Part shown: positions 1-11,916 of the stretch, piece after piece | How the letters are laid out: each line of letters opens with the position of its first letter | Position numbering within the stretch: position 1 is the stretch's first letter | Source: Octopus bimaculoides | Taxonomy: Eukaryota | Assembly (NCBI RefSeq): GCF_001194135.2 | Contig: NC_068983.1 | Coordinates: forward strand, 166,450,100-166,495,001 | DNA: 44,902 nt | Reading direction: 5' to 3' | The notes under the pieces: model-generated | Told to the model about the DNA's origin: nothing | What the model saw: only the letters and a program-made list of their open reading frames with translations | Database searches by the model: none | Position numbers and translations under genes: made by a program

Positions 1-8
1 CATCTTGA
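1..8 (-). CDS. Possible 5' end of a host-gene exon that runs out of the window
   Basis: Minus strand reads ttttcttttattttttctgtag|TCAAGATG, a long polypyrimidine tract ending in AG. Only 8 exonic bases are visible. Confidence 0.3.
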
Positions 9-135
9 CTACAGAAAAAATAAAAGAAAAAATTCAAACACACTATTTAATTGGAGTTACCAACCTTTGAACCTACACGTACACTTTAACCTTTTAACAT
101 TCAGATTACTTTGTCAAATGCAATATTTATTTATT

Positions 136-1012
136 CATCATCATCATTTAACGTCCACTTTCCATGCTAGCATGGGTTGGACGATTTGACTGAGAACTGG
201 CGAACCAGATGGCTGCACCAGGCTCCAATCTGATCTGGCAAAGTTTCTACAGCTGGATGCCTTTCCTAATGCCAACCACTCTGAGAGTGTAGTGGGTGCT
301 TTTACATGCCACCAGCACAAGGGTCAATCAGGCAGTACTAGTAACGGCCACGCTCAAAATGGTGTTTTTTATGTGCCACCTGCAGAGGAGCCAGTCCAGT
401 GGCACTGGCAACGACCTCGCTTGAATGTTTTTTCACATGCCATAGGCACAAGAGCCAGTAAGGTGACGCTGGTAACGATCACGCTCAAATGGTGCTATTT
501 ATGAGCCACTAGCACGGAAGCCAGACAGCTGCTCTGGCAATGATCACACTCAGACGGTACTGTTAGCGCTGCACTGGCACGGGTGCCAGTCATCGAATTT
601 GGTTCAATTACGATTTCGATTTCACTTGCCCCAACAGGTCTTCACAAGCAGAGTTTAGTGTCCAATGAAGGAAAGGTTGGCATCGGTGCCAGTCGTCGAA
701 TTTGGTTCGATTTCGATTTCACTTGCCTCAACAGGTCTTCACAAGCAGAGTTTAGTGTCCAATGAAGGAAAGGTATACATAAGTGGGCTGGCTACACCCC
801 TAGCAAAGGCCACCGATTTATGGCTTGCCGAGTCTTGTCACGCACAGCATATTTCCAAAGGCCTCGGTCACAAGTCATTGCCTTGGTGAGGCCTAATGTT
901 TGAAGGTCATGCTTCACCACCTCATCCCAGGTCTTCCTGGATCTACCTCTTCCACAGGTCCCCGCAGCCACAAGGCTGTGGCACATTTTCACACAGCTAT
1001 CCTCCTCCATTA
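136..1012 (-). mobile_element. 5'-truncated RTE-clade LINE (end of ORF2, 3' UTR, (GAT)n tail)
   Basis: ORF 792-1010 encodes CHSLVAAGTCGRGRSRKTWDEVVKHDLQTLGLTKAMTCDRGLWK, which fits the GRGRP(R)KTW...DR..W C-terminal motif of RTE reverse transcriptases. A (CAT)n tail lies at 136-147 on the plus strand. Confidence 0.85.
576..774. repeat. Internal ~100-bp tandem duplication in the RTE 3' UTR
   Basis: ggtgccagtc(a/g)tcgaatttggttc...ttcacaagcagagtttagtgtccaatgaaggaaaggt occurs at ~576-677 and ~679-774 with few differences. Confidence 0.85.
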
Positions 1013-1398
1013 ATCCTGGATTATCTTATAGCTTTGAGATTTCAGTGACATAGTTGCTTATTTTTAGAATGACATTGTAGAATAGGTGTGAGAGGCTGAA
1101 TCTAGTCAGTTTGCATTGAGCCAGATACAGCTGGTTTAAATGTCAAAGGGTTAATGGGTACAATTTTGATTGACTATACTTCTAGAAGATGCAAAAGTGA
1201 GCAGCCACATGGTTTTGCATTTACAGTTTGTTAATTGGCAGAAACTTTATTTTCAGCTGTAAACAAAACTATGTAGCCACTCACTCATGCATCTTCAAAG
1301 GGTATAGTCAAATGAAATCCTACCTGCTAAACGGTACTCATCAGTCCAATGGATTGAGCCTTGTTGTTTTTTATCAATTTGTTTTTAAGTAGCTTCAT

Positions 1399-1412
1399 CT
1401 CTCTCTCTCTCT

Positions 1413-1503
<91 letters not shown>

Positions 1504-1523
1504 ATGTGTGTGTGTGTGTGTGT
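1399..1523. repeat. (CT)n-(GT)n compound microsatellite
   Basis: Read directly from the sequence. It explains the HTHT and CVCV ORFs. Confidence 0.97.
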
Positions 1524-2377
1524 ATCCATGCAAGTGTGTGCATGTATATTCTATAGTGTTGTAAACACCAGCTATCTGAACAGCCAGTTAGGAAAGATAC
1601 CACTCCTAACTGGTACTGAAAGGAGTGACTCTTGGGAAATCCGTGTTCATGCATGAATGTGCTTAAGTGTGTGCATGTATATATACATCGAAGCATGTAT
1701 GTGTATATTTATACTTTCAAGTATATGCCTATATTTTCATGTATAAGCCTGTGTGCATATGTTTATATTTTTTTTTAATTGAAAATCTTGAAGTAAAACA
1801 AAAGTCCTATTTTTTAATATAATTCATTTTACAATATCTCTTATTTTGTGAATTTGATTAATTTTACCTAAGACCTTCTCATCTTCAATTCCTGGTTATA
1901 GAATATTCAGCCATAGAATGACGTGCATGTGTGTGTGTGTGTGTGCATGTGCATGTGTGTGCATGTGCATGTGTGTGCATGTGCATGTGTGTGCATGCAA
2001 GAGCCTAAATGCATAATTTTATATTCTTTTACTCTTGCTTTTAATAAATTTCCCATGATCCCACACTATTTGTACCAAAATGATCAGGTGATAGCACAAA
2101 TCAAAATGGAATCCAGCTTAAATAGAAACTTTATTATTCTGGGCAAGAAGAACAAGAAAATAAGCCAATCACATTTAGAATTTCACTTTACAAATTACAT
2201 GTTGGCTTCGAAGAACAAGCACCAAATCTGATGTCACTAGTTACAGAAAATCTAGTACAACACATATTGGTACATTTGCCATGTACAACAATGCTGCACA
2301 AATACCTGAATTCCAGAAAAAACATTGCTGATAAGGTGGTGCTGATAGCATGATAAAATGCACCTAGTTCCATCTGT

Positions 2378-2785
2378 GAAGGCGCATGGCTCAGTGGTTA
2401 GAGCGTCGAGCTTACGATCGTGAGGTTGTGAGTCCAATTCCTGGACCAGGCTGCGCGTTGTGTTCTTGAGCAAGACACTTTATTTCACGTTGCTCCAGTT
2501 CACTCAGCTGTAGAAATGAGTTGTGACATCACTGGTGCCAANNNNNNNNNNTTATTTCACGTTGCTCCAGTTCACTCAGCTGTAGAAATGAGTTGTGACA
2601 TCACTGGTGCCAAGCTGTATCGGGCCCCTTTGCCTTTCCCTTGGGTAAAATCAGTGGTGTGGAGAGGGGAGGCTGATATGCATGGGCAACTGCTGGCCTT
2701 CCACAAACAACATTGCCCAGACTTGTTCCTCGGAGGGTAACTTTCTAGGTGCAATCCCATGGTCATTCATGACTGAAAGAGGTCT
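2378..2785 (+). mobile_element. Full-length tRNA-derived SINE (family C) with a 14-bp target-site duplication
   Basis: A box TGGCTCAGTGG (~2388) and B-box-like GAGTCCAATTCC (~2430). The TSD ctagttccatctgt lies at 2364-2377 and 2786-2799. Confidence 0.9.
2542..2551. other. Assembly gap (10 N) with duplicated flanks
   Basis: The same 62 bp (ttatttcacgttgctccag...cactggtgccaa) lies on both sides of the gap, at 2480-2541 and 2552-2613. Confidence 0.95.
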
Positions 2786-2994
2786 CTAGTTCCATCTGTA
2801 AAGTGGCCAATGTTAGAAAGGGTATTTAGCCATAGAAACTATGTCAAAAAAGTGTGAGATGTGATCCTCAGACTTAACTCGGCCAATAACTCTAAATAAG
2901 GACATGGACTGTGATAAATCATCCAACCCCTACTGGCATGAACTGGGTGACAAAATGAAGTTGATGAGGAGGATGGGGGTACTGGCAACAACAG

Positions 2995-3050
2995 CCACAG
3001 TAGTAGAAGTAGTAGTAGTAGTAGCAGCAGCAGCAGTTGTAGTAGTGGCA
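2995..3050. repeat. Mixed (TAG)n/(CAG)n triplet repeat
   Basis: Read directly from the sequence. It is the source of the poly-L and poly-Y ORFs. Confidence 0.9.
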
Positions 3051-3057
3051 ATAATAA

Positions 3058-3272
3058 GGTGGTGAGCAAGCAGAAATGTTAGCATGCCGAGCAAAATGCT
3101 TAGCAGTATTTTGTCTGTCTTTATGTTCCGAGTTCAAATTTCGCTGAGGTCAACTTAGCCTTTCATCCTTTTGGGGTCAATAAATTAAGTACTAGTTGTG
3201 TATTGGGGTCGATCTAATCGACTGGCCCCCTCCCCAAAAATTTTGGGCCTTGTGCCTAGAGTAGAAAAGAAT
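3058..3272 (+). mobile_element. tRNA-derived SINE (family D)
   Basis: Head ggtggtgagcaagcagaaatgttagc, B box gagttcaaattt, body cctttcatccttttggggtcaataaattaagtac, and an (AAT)n/(GAT)n tail. Homologous to 27290-27475 (-) and 37258-37420 (+). Confidence 0.8.
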
Positions 3273-3769
3273 AATAATAGTGGTGATGACGATGATGATG
3301 ACAATAAAACTAAATATAATCAGAATAGCCAGTCTACACAAAAGAAATTTGAATGCCAACAATTATAGAATGGAAGGAAAAGCTACCTTCAGTCAAATAG
3401 ACTCAATTGAAAGGGAAACTCAAAATCATAGTATTGTAGTTTATGAAGATGAAATTGTAAAACACATCTACGATCCATTATTGAGTTTACACAACATTCA
3501 CTGTATTTATCATTCTCTCAAAATGCACACAACTTTTTAGTCTCTTGCATCTCAGCTATATCACCACTGATATATCAAAATTGGTTGCACACATTTTCTT
3601 TATGCCTGACAATGAGATACAATCTGGTTTTAAACCTTCCTATGTATATGATACACCAAACCAAAAAATTATAAATATCAGACTTTTCTTTGAAAATCCA
3701 AATATCAAAGAAGGTTATTGTTCATAAATGAAAGAAACAGTTTGACAAAGTTCTACATTCTTAAAAACT

Positions 3770-3975
3770 TTGAAGGCACAAGGCTGGCTGTGCTTCCCAA
3801 ACAATTTCCAGTTCAGTCCTGCTCTTTGCCACCTTGGACAAGTATCTTCTGCTGCAGCCCCAGTTTAACCAAAGCCTTATGAGTGGATTTGGTTGACAGA
3901 TTTGGTAGAAAGAAGCCCACCATATCTACAGGTAGGTAGGTAAGTAAGTGAGTAGGTATCCCCTTGTTTTGTGTG
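3770..3975 (+). mobile_element. SINE family B, 5' half (degenerate)
   Basis: ttcagtcctgc...accttggacaagtatcttc...aaagccttatgagtggatttggttgacaga...aagaagccc matches the full-length copy at 32167-32538. Confidence 0.7.
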
Positions 3976-3989
3976 TGTGGGTCCCTTTG

Positions 3990-4200
3990 TTCTGACATTG
4001 CATGATAATGGCAAATAAGTATTACCATTATACAAGTGATGTCCATTTTCGATGTTCTGTGAAAATATTATCCTACTTAGAAACAGGTGAAGGTTGGCAA
4101 CAGGATGGGTATCTGGCCATAGAAAATCTGTCTCAACGAATTCTGTCTGATCCATGGAAGCATGGAATAGTGAAAGTTATAATGATAATAATTTCATTGT
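3990..4200 (+). mobile_element. Short element with an RTE-type 3' tail (family H). Similar copies at ~10330-10530(-), 14050-14200(-), 20930-21150(-), 23500-23690(+), 30990-31200(+), 33380-33560(-), 36420-36660(-)
   Basis: Shared motif gaaacaggtga(g)ggttggc.acagga.gggcatc.ggc..tagaaaatctg.ctcaac.aattctgtctga.ccatg.aagcatgg. Confidence 0.65.
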
Positions 4201-4989
4201 AAATGAAACTAAAAGCTAGGTTCGTAGAACAATTTAAGAGAAAAATGAAACAAAGAATTTTAAATCAATAGCTTCAAAATTACAAATGAAAAAAAAAAAA
4301 ATGGTTGAGATTTGCCTGTTTTCTTTTTACTACAGTAATTGAGAACATTCTACCGTTGAGAAAACACAGAAGTTTTCTGTCATCTTTGGAACAATTTCAA
4401 ATCAATATCATAAAAAACAACAAATGACACAACTGTTTGAAATTGGTGAGCTATAGAGACAAATATATTATTAACATTATCAATATATATCCTAGACAGA
4501 TTACATAATGAGACAATTCCTTGTCAATAAAACACTTGTATAAAACAAATCAATAGTAAAGAAATTATATAAAATTCTCAAACAGGTTGTGAAAGAAAAA
4601 AAAATGCCTATTAAGTCTTCTGCAACATGTCTACATGAAAGAACATCAAGATGATGACAGATAAAAAGGAAATATTTAAAAATCTGAAGATGACAGATAA
4701 GCTATTTGATTACAGCAGATTATAGCAATCATTTACAAGGTTTCTCAACACTTATACTCAGAATGGTTTTCAGGGTTCTTTTTGTTTTTACATTTGTTTT
4801 CGCAATATTGAAATGGGAGAAATTAATGTTACTGAGGAATTGTTTTACAACTGGTTGCCCTTCCTATTGCTAAGCTTTCCTTGTTTTTCAAGTCAGGAAT
4901 TTCTTTTATCACACATTTATGAAGGTGCAAGGTAAGCAGGCAATTCATAGACAGAAGTGACAACAACCCAACTTATACCTCATAACCTT

Positions 4990-5044
<55 letters not shown>

Positions 5045-5047
<3 letters not shown>

Positions 5048-5370
5048 TTTTACTTGTTTCAGTCATCAGACTGCAGCCATGCTGAGGCCCCACCTCGAAA
5101 AACTTTTAGTTGAATGAATTGAACCTGGTACTTTTTTTTTAAAGCCTGATACTTATTCCATCAGTCTCCTCTTACTGAACTGCTCCTTTTAATTTCTGTC
5201 AACCAAATCTACTCACAAGGCTTTGGTCAACTGAAGCTATGGTAGAAGACATTTGGCCATGATGCCATACAGCGGGACTGAACCCAACACCATGTGGTTG
5301 AGAAGCAAGCTTCTAAACCACACACCTATGCTTGTATTTATGTCACATCTACACACACACACACACAAAA
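5045..5370 (-). mobile_element. SINE family B (inverted relative to 3770-3975)
   Basis: Reverse complement of the family B consensus: tttacttgtttcagtcat...gtcaaccaaatctactcacaaggctttggtc...gaacccaacaccatgtggttgagaagcaagcttctaaaccacac. Confidence 0.75.
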
Positions 5371-5998
5371 GCATATATACACACATACATTGTGTATATG
5401 TAAATTTAAGCATATATAAAAAAATTCTGGTAAATATATGAAATACTGGTATTTATACAAAGTACTTCAAGAAAATTGACCCTCCTTAAAATATCTATTA
5501 TTTAATAGTTTCAAATGTTTTCTGTTAAAAGAACAATAAGGAAATGAAGCATTACCATTCTTTCCTAGAAGGAAGTCTTTAAGAATCTCAAATATACTGT
5601 CAAGTGAGCTAGTGACACTATTACTTGACCTAAGAATAATACCACTCCATCATCTGAAGAAAGTACCACAATATCTTTTAGAGCAGTTCTTACAATACCC
5701 AGATAACGAGTGACAAAAACAAAAATCAATGATGCACTTCTTTTGACACAAGTGAATTTTGAATAAGAAATACAAAATTGCAATAAACAGCTTTCAAAAA
5801 ATTAGAATTGTTTTGTTATTCTTTGTCTTCTACCATTAAAGATTTTGCTACAAGTTATAGTCATAAGCCAGATTAGTGAAAGTCTTCTTTTCCATGGCAA
5901 CTAATATTTTAAAGAGGAAATACTACTTCTACTATTTATTTACAAACATTACATCTTTAAGATTACATTCTGTATAGTATTTCCTTCAAGTATCCTGC

Positions 5999-6000
<2 letters not shown>

Positions 6001-6048
<48 letters not shown>
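6001..6048. repeat. (TAT)n microsatellite
   Basis: Read directly from the sequence. Confidence 0.97.
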
Positions 6049-6049
<1 letters not shown>

Positions 6050-7339
6050 GACAACTTTGCTTAATGATATTTCTTTTAACTCATTACAATCAAATTCCAC
6101 CTGCATCAACTTTGCCATTCATCCTTTTAGGGTTGATTAAATAAAGTACCTGATGAGAGAGGTTAAGGTATGAGAAGGGGCCAGAAGAAAACAGTTTCTT
6201 GCTGTAGGGGGACATTACATGGTTACCCACATTATAGAAGAGAGAGTGAAAGTTTCACATGTGTGTGTACAAAAATATACGTAATTATGGGTAAGCATCC
6301 ACTGGAAAGGATGTTTTTCTTAGAATAAGTAAATATTTTAACCAATGGCTATTTATCCAACAAAAACCACCAGAAGTAAGCATTGTGAGCTGACCGATTT
6401 ACATTACATAAAACTGACCGATTCACGTTACACAAAACTAAACAATAGAATTCATGTAAAAACATCTCTTAAACTTCTAGAAGAAATGTGATAGAAATAT
6501 TTGATAAGAGTACATGATTGACAACAACAAAGAAATAATTAAGCTGGTCTGTGTAAATCAAGATACAATTAATTGTAAAAGAAATTAAGATCTAGTTTTA
6601 GCTTATAGCCAAGTCACTTGCCCCCAATTTCAAGTCTTTCCCTTCCAGAAATGAAAAATACCTATAACTAATTTATATTTTACATTTAATCCAGATTCTC
6701 TTAATCTAAATCCAGAGACAGAAAAAGAAATCAATCAAGTCTCTAATCTTTTATCATTAAAAAATAACAAAAATATTGATTTTTAAAATTATTTTTTTCA
6801 ATAATCAGTATAACTGTACTCAGAAACCTAAATTTTCAAAGCAAAATCCTCCAATTATATCAACTTTTAACACAAATCTTAGATATTTAATGAAATTTCC
6901 CCTTAAAGAACAATGGATTTCAGTAGAGCCTAATTAGTAAATATTTGGCTTCCAGGCAATAATAGCTTTCGCAAAAATTTGATGACAGATTTTTTTTCTC
7001 TCTCTTTTTTTTTTTTTTTTTTTTTTGTGTATGTGGAGGGTGGGATGGGGAGGGTGCACACTGTTGGCTATAATCCACAAAATACTTAAATAAGAACTAA
7101 TTAGCTTCAGCAGTGTTCGACAGTTAACTGAAAATTACCAATAAATTATATTTTCAAGATAAAATATACTTTTAATTTCAAAATCCCTGTTGAGGTTGCC
7201 CTCCACCACCACCACCATCTGAGCATTGTAATTCTTGATTAAGGAGGTCAACCACACTTTTTTTTACCCATTTTTCTTCTTTTTTTTTTTAACAGTTTCA
7301 TTTCATTTCCTCTACAAAAAAAAAACTGACAAATATTTT

Positions 7340-7620
7340 GAGTATCTTCTTTGATGGTGATATTACTATCCCAATCATTGGCTATGGCACCTCTCTGTAC
7401 TATCCAATTAACTATGCAAGGAACCAGCATTGAATATTTTCAGCATCTCCTCTCACTTTCCAGGCAACGGCAGTCACTCTGTTGGGTTCACTTGAATAGA
7501 TCCTTTCTCTCCCATGCATCCTCCACATTTATCAATCAGCTGTAGTAACATTCCACCTTTTTAGCAAGTGATGGCAAGTACACTGCTATCATCCCATACA
7601 CACTTTTCCCTAATAACTCA
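7340..7620 (-). mobile_element. Decayed internal fragment of an RTE-LINE ORF2
   Basis: Minus-strand translation (with frameshifts) gives ..INVEDAWE.. and ..EMLKI..LVPCIVNWIVQRGAIANDWDSNITI, similar to the RTE 'EMLK...IVN.....G.IP.DW' region. Confidence 0.55.
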
Positions 7621-8582
7621 TTACTTTCACTGACACACTACCTTGCAGTTGAGAACACATACCACACATGGACATAATTATGAAAACAGTAAAATTAATG
7701 TACATGTTCTTTGATCTATTAAGATATAAAACAAAAACTAAACCTCTATGTAATTTAAAATAATATTGAGAAATAGGAAGTTCTAAGGACTAGGTGATAA
7801 CCTAGAAAGAAGATTACAGTTATCTATGTTGTATCTGAATAAATGAAATACAGTTAACTACAATTCACTAAAGAATACTAATTGTCATCTTGAATATTGA
7901 AAGGACTTGACCACATTTCTATAGCCTTAAAAACCACCAGGCTAACCTCCGTTTCCAGTGATGGCATTTAACCCAGAAAACTCCACCTACCCTTTTTACT
8001 TAGAAATGAATATGTCAGGCAGGCAGCTATCAACTGATTAATGTGGAGATAATTAGCTATCAACTGATTAATCAGAAAACAAAGCTTCTTCTCAATACAG
8101 ATGTTCAATATGATGATTGGTTTTAACTAAAGACTTGAAAACACAATTTTCATTGGATGAAGAATGTGCTATTCAGAACTGACAAAGTGAAACCGAACAT
8201 CAACATCAATACCTTCCTCTATTTATTTACTCATCTATGAAATGAACTCAGAATCAAGAACATCAACATGAAATAGAATAGAGCTACTCTGACATTGAAG
8301 TGTCTCAGCTATATTTACCATAGATAATATAGAAATTAAGCAGCATCAACTAACAAAAGCTAGCCATTTGATATTTTGTGATTCATAAGAGGATTAACTA
8401 AAAATATTCTTGTGTAGTCATCTTTGCTGGCTTGTACTTTTTATATGAAAATATTTCACCAACTTATTTGCACTGAGTTTGCCCATTATGTACATGTTGC
8501 ATATCCAATTAATGCTTATTCTGACTTCCCAGCCTAATAATTGCGCCATGCACAATATACTTTTCTCACTCACTCACTCACT

Positions 8583-8627
<45 letters not shown>

Positions 8628-9529
8628 AATCTGCCTTTTCACCAAAGGGGGGGGGGGGGAAATCCCATTGCTTAAACTTCCAGTCACTTTGAATCATACA
8701 TGCAGATGTTATCAGATATTCCATTTCAGAATTAATAATGTCACCTAGGTAACAGGACTTATGCTCTACATCCAGTGAATCTCTTCTCCTATTTCTCTTG
8801 ATGAATGAAAAGTAGAAAGGCACCCTATAATTCTAAAAAGACACCAGAGAGACACGAGGAAGGGGAGCTAAGAAAGTGAGAGAGAGTGAACAAGCATCCA
8901 GCTAAAAAACTCAATACAATGCACAGTAAGGATAAATTCCCATAGCAACATAAATACTGACAAGAAATAAAATACAAATAAAAACCCAAGTTATGTTTTT
9001 CTTGTCTTTTCTTTTAACAAAGTCCCATCTTTTCAAAGAAAAATTGTCATTCAAATTTTGTGAAAGAAATCATCTATTTTATCGCAAAATGATTGAAAAT
9101 GGCATAAATGATCCATAAAAAAAAAATCAAAAAGGAACCCAAATTGTTTTCTGGAAAAACAAAAAATTACAAAAGAGAGAATTTGAAGAGATTGAAATAG
9201 TGAAAAATGAAACAAAGAAATTTCTGAAAATATTAGAATAAAAAGAGGAGTAAGAAAAAAAAATTGAATTCAAGAGAAACAATATTGAATTAAAAAATAC
9301 CCAGGAATATAAAGAATACACCCATTTTCTTTTATACTATCACAAAATAATATCATTATCTCAATCAACTATATAGCTATAATTAGTGTAATTTTGTGGG
9401 ACTAAACATTTTTGAGCAAATCCTTTATAATATTCCCAAATGCTTTAAGTCAAACTTCCAGAAAAAAATTGTCATAATTAGAATGTATAACCAGTAGATA
9501 ATCTAGCATTCTTTTTAATTTAGATCACT

Positions 9530-9735
9530 TTAACCTTTTTGTTACCATATTTCTGTTGAAATACATTGCGTTTGTTCTGATTAATTTTGAAATTAATGAA
9601 GAATTTAGTAAAATAACTGTCATTATTAAAGTGGTATTTGGAACAAATTAACATGAAATTTTGATGGAAGATTTTAATTTTGATCACTTTAAAACAGAAA
9701 ATTTATATCATAGAACCAGAAGTGACCTAAGACAG
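9530..9735 (+). mobile_element. TTAA-flanked MITE family F. Further copies at ~15590-15725, 17597-17795, 24154-24320, 24686-24872, 29315-29545, 29860-30110(-), 40332-40545, 41131-41328
   Basis: Shared 5' ttaacc(c)ttttgttaccatatttctgttgaaatac...gaagaatttagtaaaataac...aacatgaaattttgatggaag, and 3' ...ggtatcaaaagggttaa where present. Confidence 0.75.
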
Positions 9736-9889
9736 AAAGGCAAGAACAGAGTTAAGTCAAAGATTTTTTTTTTTTTTCAGTACTTTTGAATAAATGCAAA
9801 ACTTTGCTGGAATATTATATTATAGAAAATGGGACTCATAAATTGTTTCCAAATTTGTGAAGAAAAGTTTCATGAAATTTTACAAAAAA

Positions 9890-9891
<2 letters not shown>

Positions 9892-9945
<54 letters not shown>
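9892..9945. repeat. (AT)n microsatellite
   Basis: Read directly from the sequence. Confidence 0.97.
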
Positions 9946-9948
<3 letters not shown>

Positions 9949-10580
9949 CTTTGAAGCATCCTATCTAATCACTAAGATGACCAAAAGACAAAAGGTAATA
10001 ATATCTTTAATAAAACAGGTAAGGGTTAGCAACAGGAAAGGCATCCAGCTGTAAGACAATGCCTCAGTAATGCATTCATATAACCTGTGCTAGCATGGAA
10101 AAAGATAGAACAAAGAATGAACAAAAAAATCTTACATTTGAACAAAACATTCAATCAGCTGTCTTTGTGTGATAGATCTGACCAGCACAACTCAAGAAAA
10201 ACAATACATTCAACAGCAACAACTACAACCTACCAGAAAATGGCTGAGGCACTTATTTCTAGATAATCAAAATAAAGCACTCAGCATAATGTGTATTGAA
10301 TAAGGATATAATAATGGTTGTAAGAGTCAGTAACTGCTACATTCAGGCAGATTTTCTATGGTGAGATGCTATTTTTGTGGCCAACCTCTACCTATCTCCA
10401 AGCAAGGAAATATTTTCCTTAGTCTTTTGAACATGAAGAGCAAAATGGTCGGACATGTTTTCATGGGAAATGAACAACACTGCCTATAAGACAGTAATGC
10501 TTATTCACAACCAGTACATGAGAGTGAAACACACACACACACACAAATTATTTTAAAAACTCAATATTCCAGCATGTGTA

Positions 10581-11260
10581 TCATCATCATCATTGTCGTT
10601 TAACGTTCGCTTTCCATGTTGACATGGGTTGGACGGTTTAACTGAGGACTGGTAAGCCAGGAGGCTGCACCAGGCTCCAATCTGATCTGGCAAGGTTTCT
10701 ACAGCTGGATACCTTTCTTAAAGCTTACCACTCCAAGAATGTAGTGGGTGCTTTTTACGTGCCACCGGCTTGGAGGCCATTCGGGCAGCACTGGCATCAG
10801 CCATGCTCAAATGGTGCTTTTTACGTGCCACTGGCACGGGTGCCAGTCAGATGGCACTGGCATCAGCCACAATAACGATTTCACTTCATCCAACAGGTCT
10901 TCTCAAGCACAGCATATTGCCCAACAATTGAAGGGGACTTTTAAAGGGGCCAGTTATGTGACACTGGCATCAGCCACAGATACAATCTCACTTGGCTTGC
11001 TGGGTCTTCTCAAGCACAGCATATCTCCAAAGGTCTCGGTCACTTGTCATTGCCTCTGTGAGGCCCAACATTCGAAAGTTGTACTTCATCCCAGGTCTTC
11101 CTGGGTCTACCTCTTCCTCAGATTCCCTCCACTATTAGGGAGTGACACCTCTTCATATAGATGTCTTCATCCATACGCAACACATGCCCATACCAGCACA
11201 GTCATCTCTCTCTTGCACACCACATCCGATGCTTCTTATGTCCAACTTTTTACTCAGCTT
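10581..11260 (-). mobile_element. 5'-truncated RTE-clade LINE (same family as 136-1012)
   Basis: (CAT)n tail at 10581 and the same 3' UTR. Frameshifted translation gives KLDIRSIGCGVQER..W..HVLRMDED..GRGRPRKTWDEV. Confidence 0.85.
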
Positions 11261-11264
11261 CACC

Positions 11265-11435
11265 AGCCCCAATATCTGGATTACTATGTGTAGGACACAG
11301 TTTGAGGAAGACACCAACTGCTCTGCCTGAAATAACAAGGCAAAGGTAGAGGTCAAAATCAGGGAGGTTTTCAAAGATCTTCCCAGAGACTCAGTGAGGA
11401 ACACATGCACCAGGTTCTAGAGCAGCCTTGAGGTT
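11265..11435 (+). pseudogene. Tc1/mariner-superfamily (maT-like) transposase C-terminal relic
   Basis: Translation LDYYV*DTV*..DTNCSA*NNKAKVEVKIREVFKDLPRDSVRNTCTRF*SSLE resembles the 'LDYYVW..VE...N......L...I...F..LP...V...C..F..RLE' tail of these transposases, with several stops. Confidence 0.6.
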
Positions 11436-11486
11436 AAGCTTTAAACTGAATGCAGCTACTTTGAATAAGCTGTTATCTCCCAGCCA

Positions 11487-11611
<125 letters not shown>

Positions 11612-11615
11612 TTGT

Positions 11616-11773
11616 GAGTGGTTAGCGTTAGGAAGGGCATCCAGCTGTAGAAACTCTGCCAAATCAGATTGGAGCCTGGTGTTGCCATCTGGTTTCACCA
11701 GTCCTCAGTCAAATCGTCCAACCCATGCTAGCATGGAAAGCGGACGTTAAACGATGATGATGATGATGATGAT
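11616..11773 (+). mobile_element. RTE-LINE extreme 3' end with (GAT)n tail
   Basis: ggaagggcatccagctgtagaaactctgccaaatcagattggagcctgg...ggacgttaaacgatgatgat is the reverse complement of 136-300 and 10581-10740. Confidence 0.85.
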
Positions 11774-11865
11774 ATTCTTTGATTTTTTTTAAAAATAACT
11801 TTTATTTTTGGCTGGGATATAGTTTTCATTTTCTTTTAATGCAAACTGTCAAATTTAGCCCGAAC

Positions 11866-11916
<51 letters not shown>

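Larger units (their letters stand above)
86..1154 (+). mobile_element. TTAA-flanked MITE (piggyBac-like, family E) split by an RTE-LINE insertion
   Basis: TTAA at 86-89 and 1151-1154, with imperfect TIRs (ttaaccttttaacatt ... aatgtcaaagggttaa). Parts 86-135 and ~1013-1154 match the uninterrupted copy at 37030-37250. Confidence 0.7.

Noticed and set aside
292-889. Plus-strand ORFs with a repeated peptide (PVIEFGS...GLHKQSLVSNEGKV twice)
   Set aside because: They are antisense readings of the RTE 3' UTR and its internal tandem duplication.
1327-2231. ORFs with HTHT or CVCV runs that look like His- or Cys-rich metal-binding proteins
   Set aside because: They are translations of (CA)n/(GT)n microsatellites.
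2250-2316. Possible minus exon GICAALLYMANVPICVVLDF
   Set aside because: The donor (gtaact) is mediocre, the same AG/GT could equally be a donor, and no linkage to other exons could be shown.
5556-5790. 72-aa hydrophobic ORF faintly like a choline-transporter or GPCR helix. The opposite strand is also open (RKSLRISNILSSELVTLLLDLR...)
   Set aside because: Several mutually incompatible splice and frame options exist on both strands, and no diagnostic motif is present. It may contain a real exon, but I cannot say which.
10748-11293. Longest ORF in the track (181 aa)
   Set aside because: It is antisense to the RTE LINE fragment, and the informative reading is on the minus strand.
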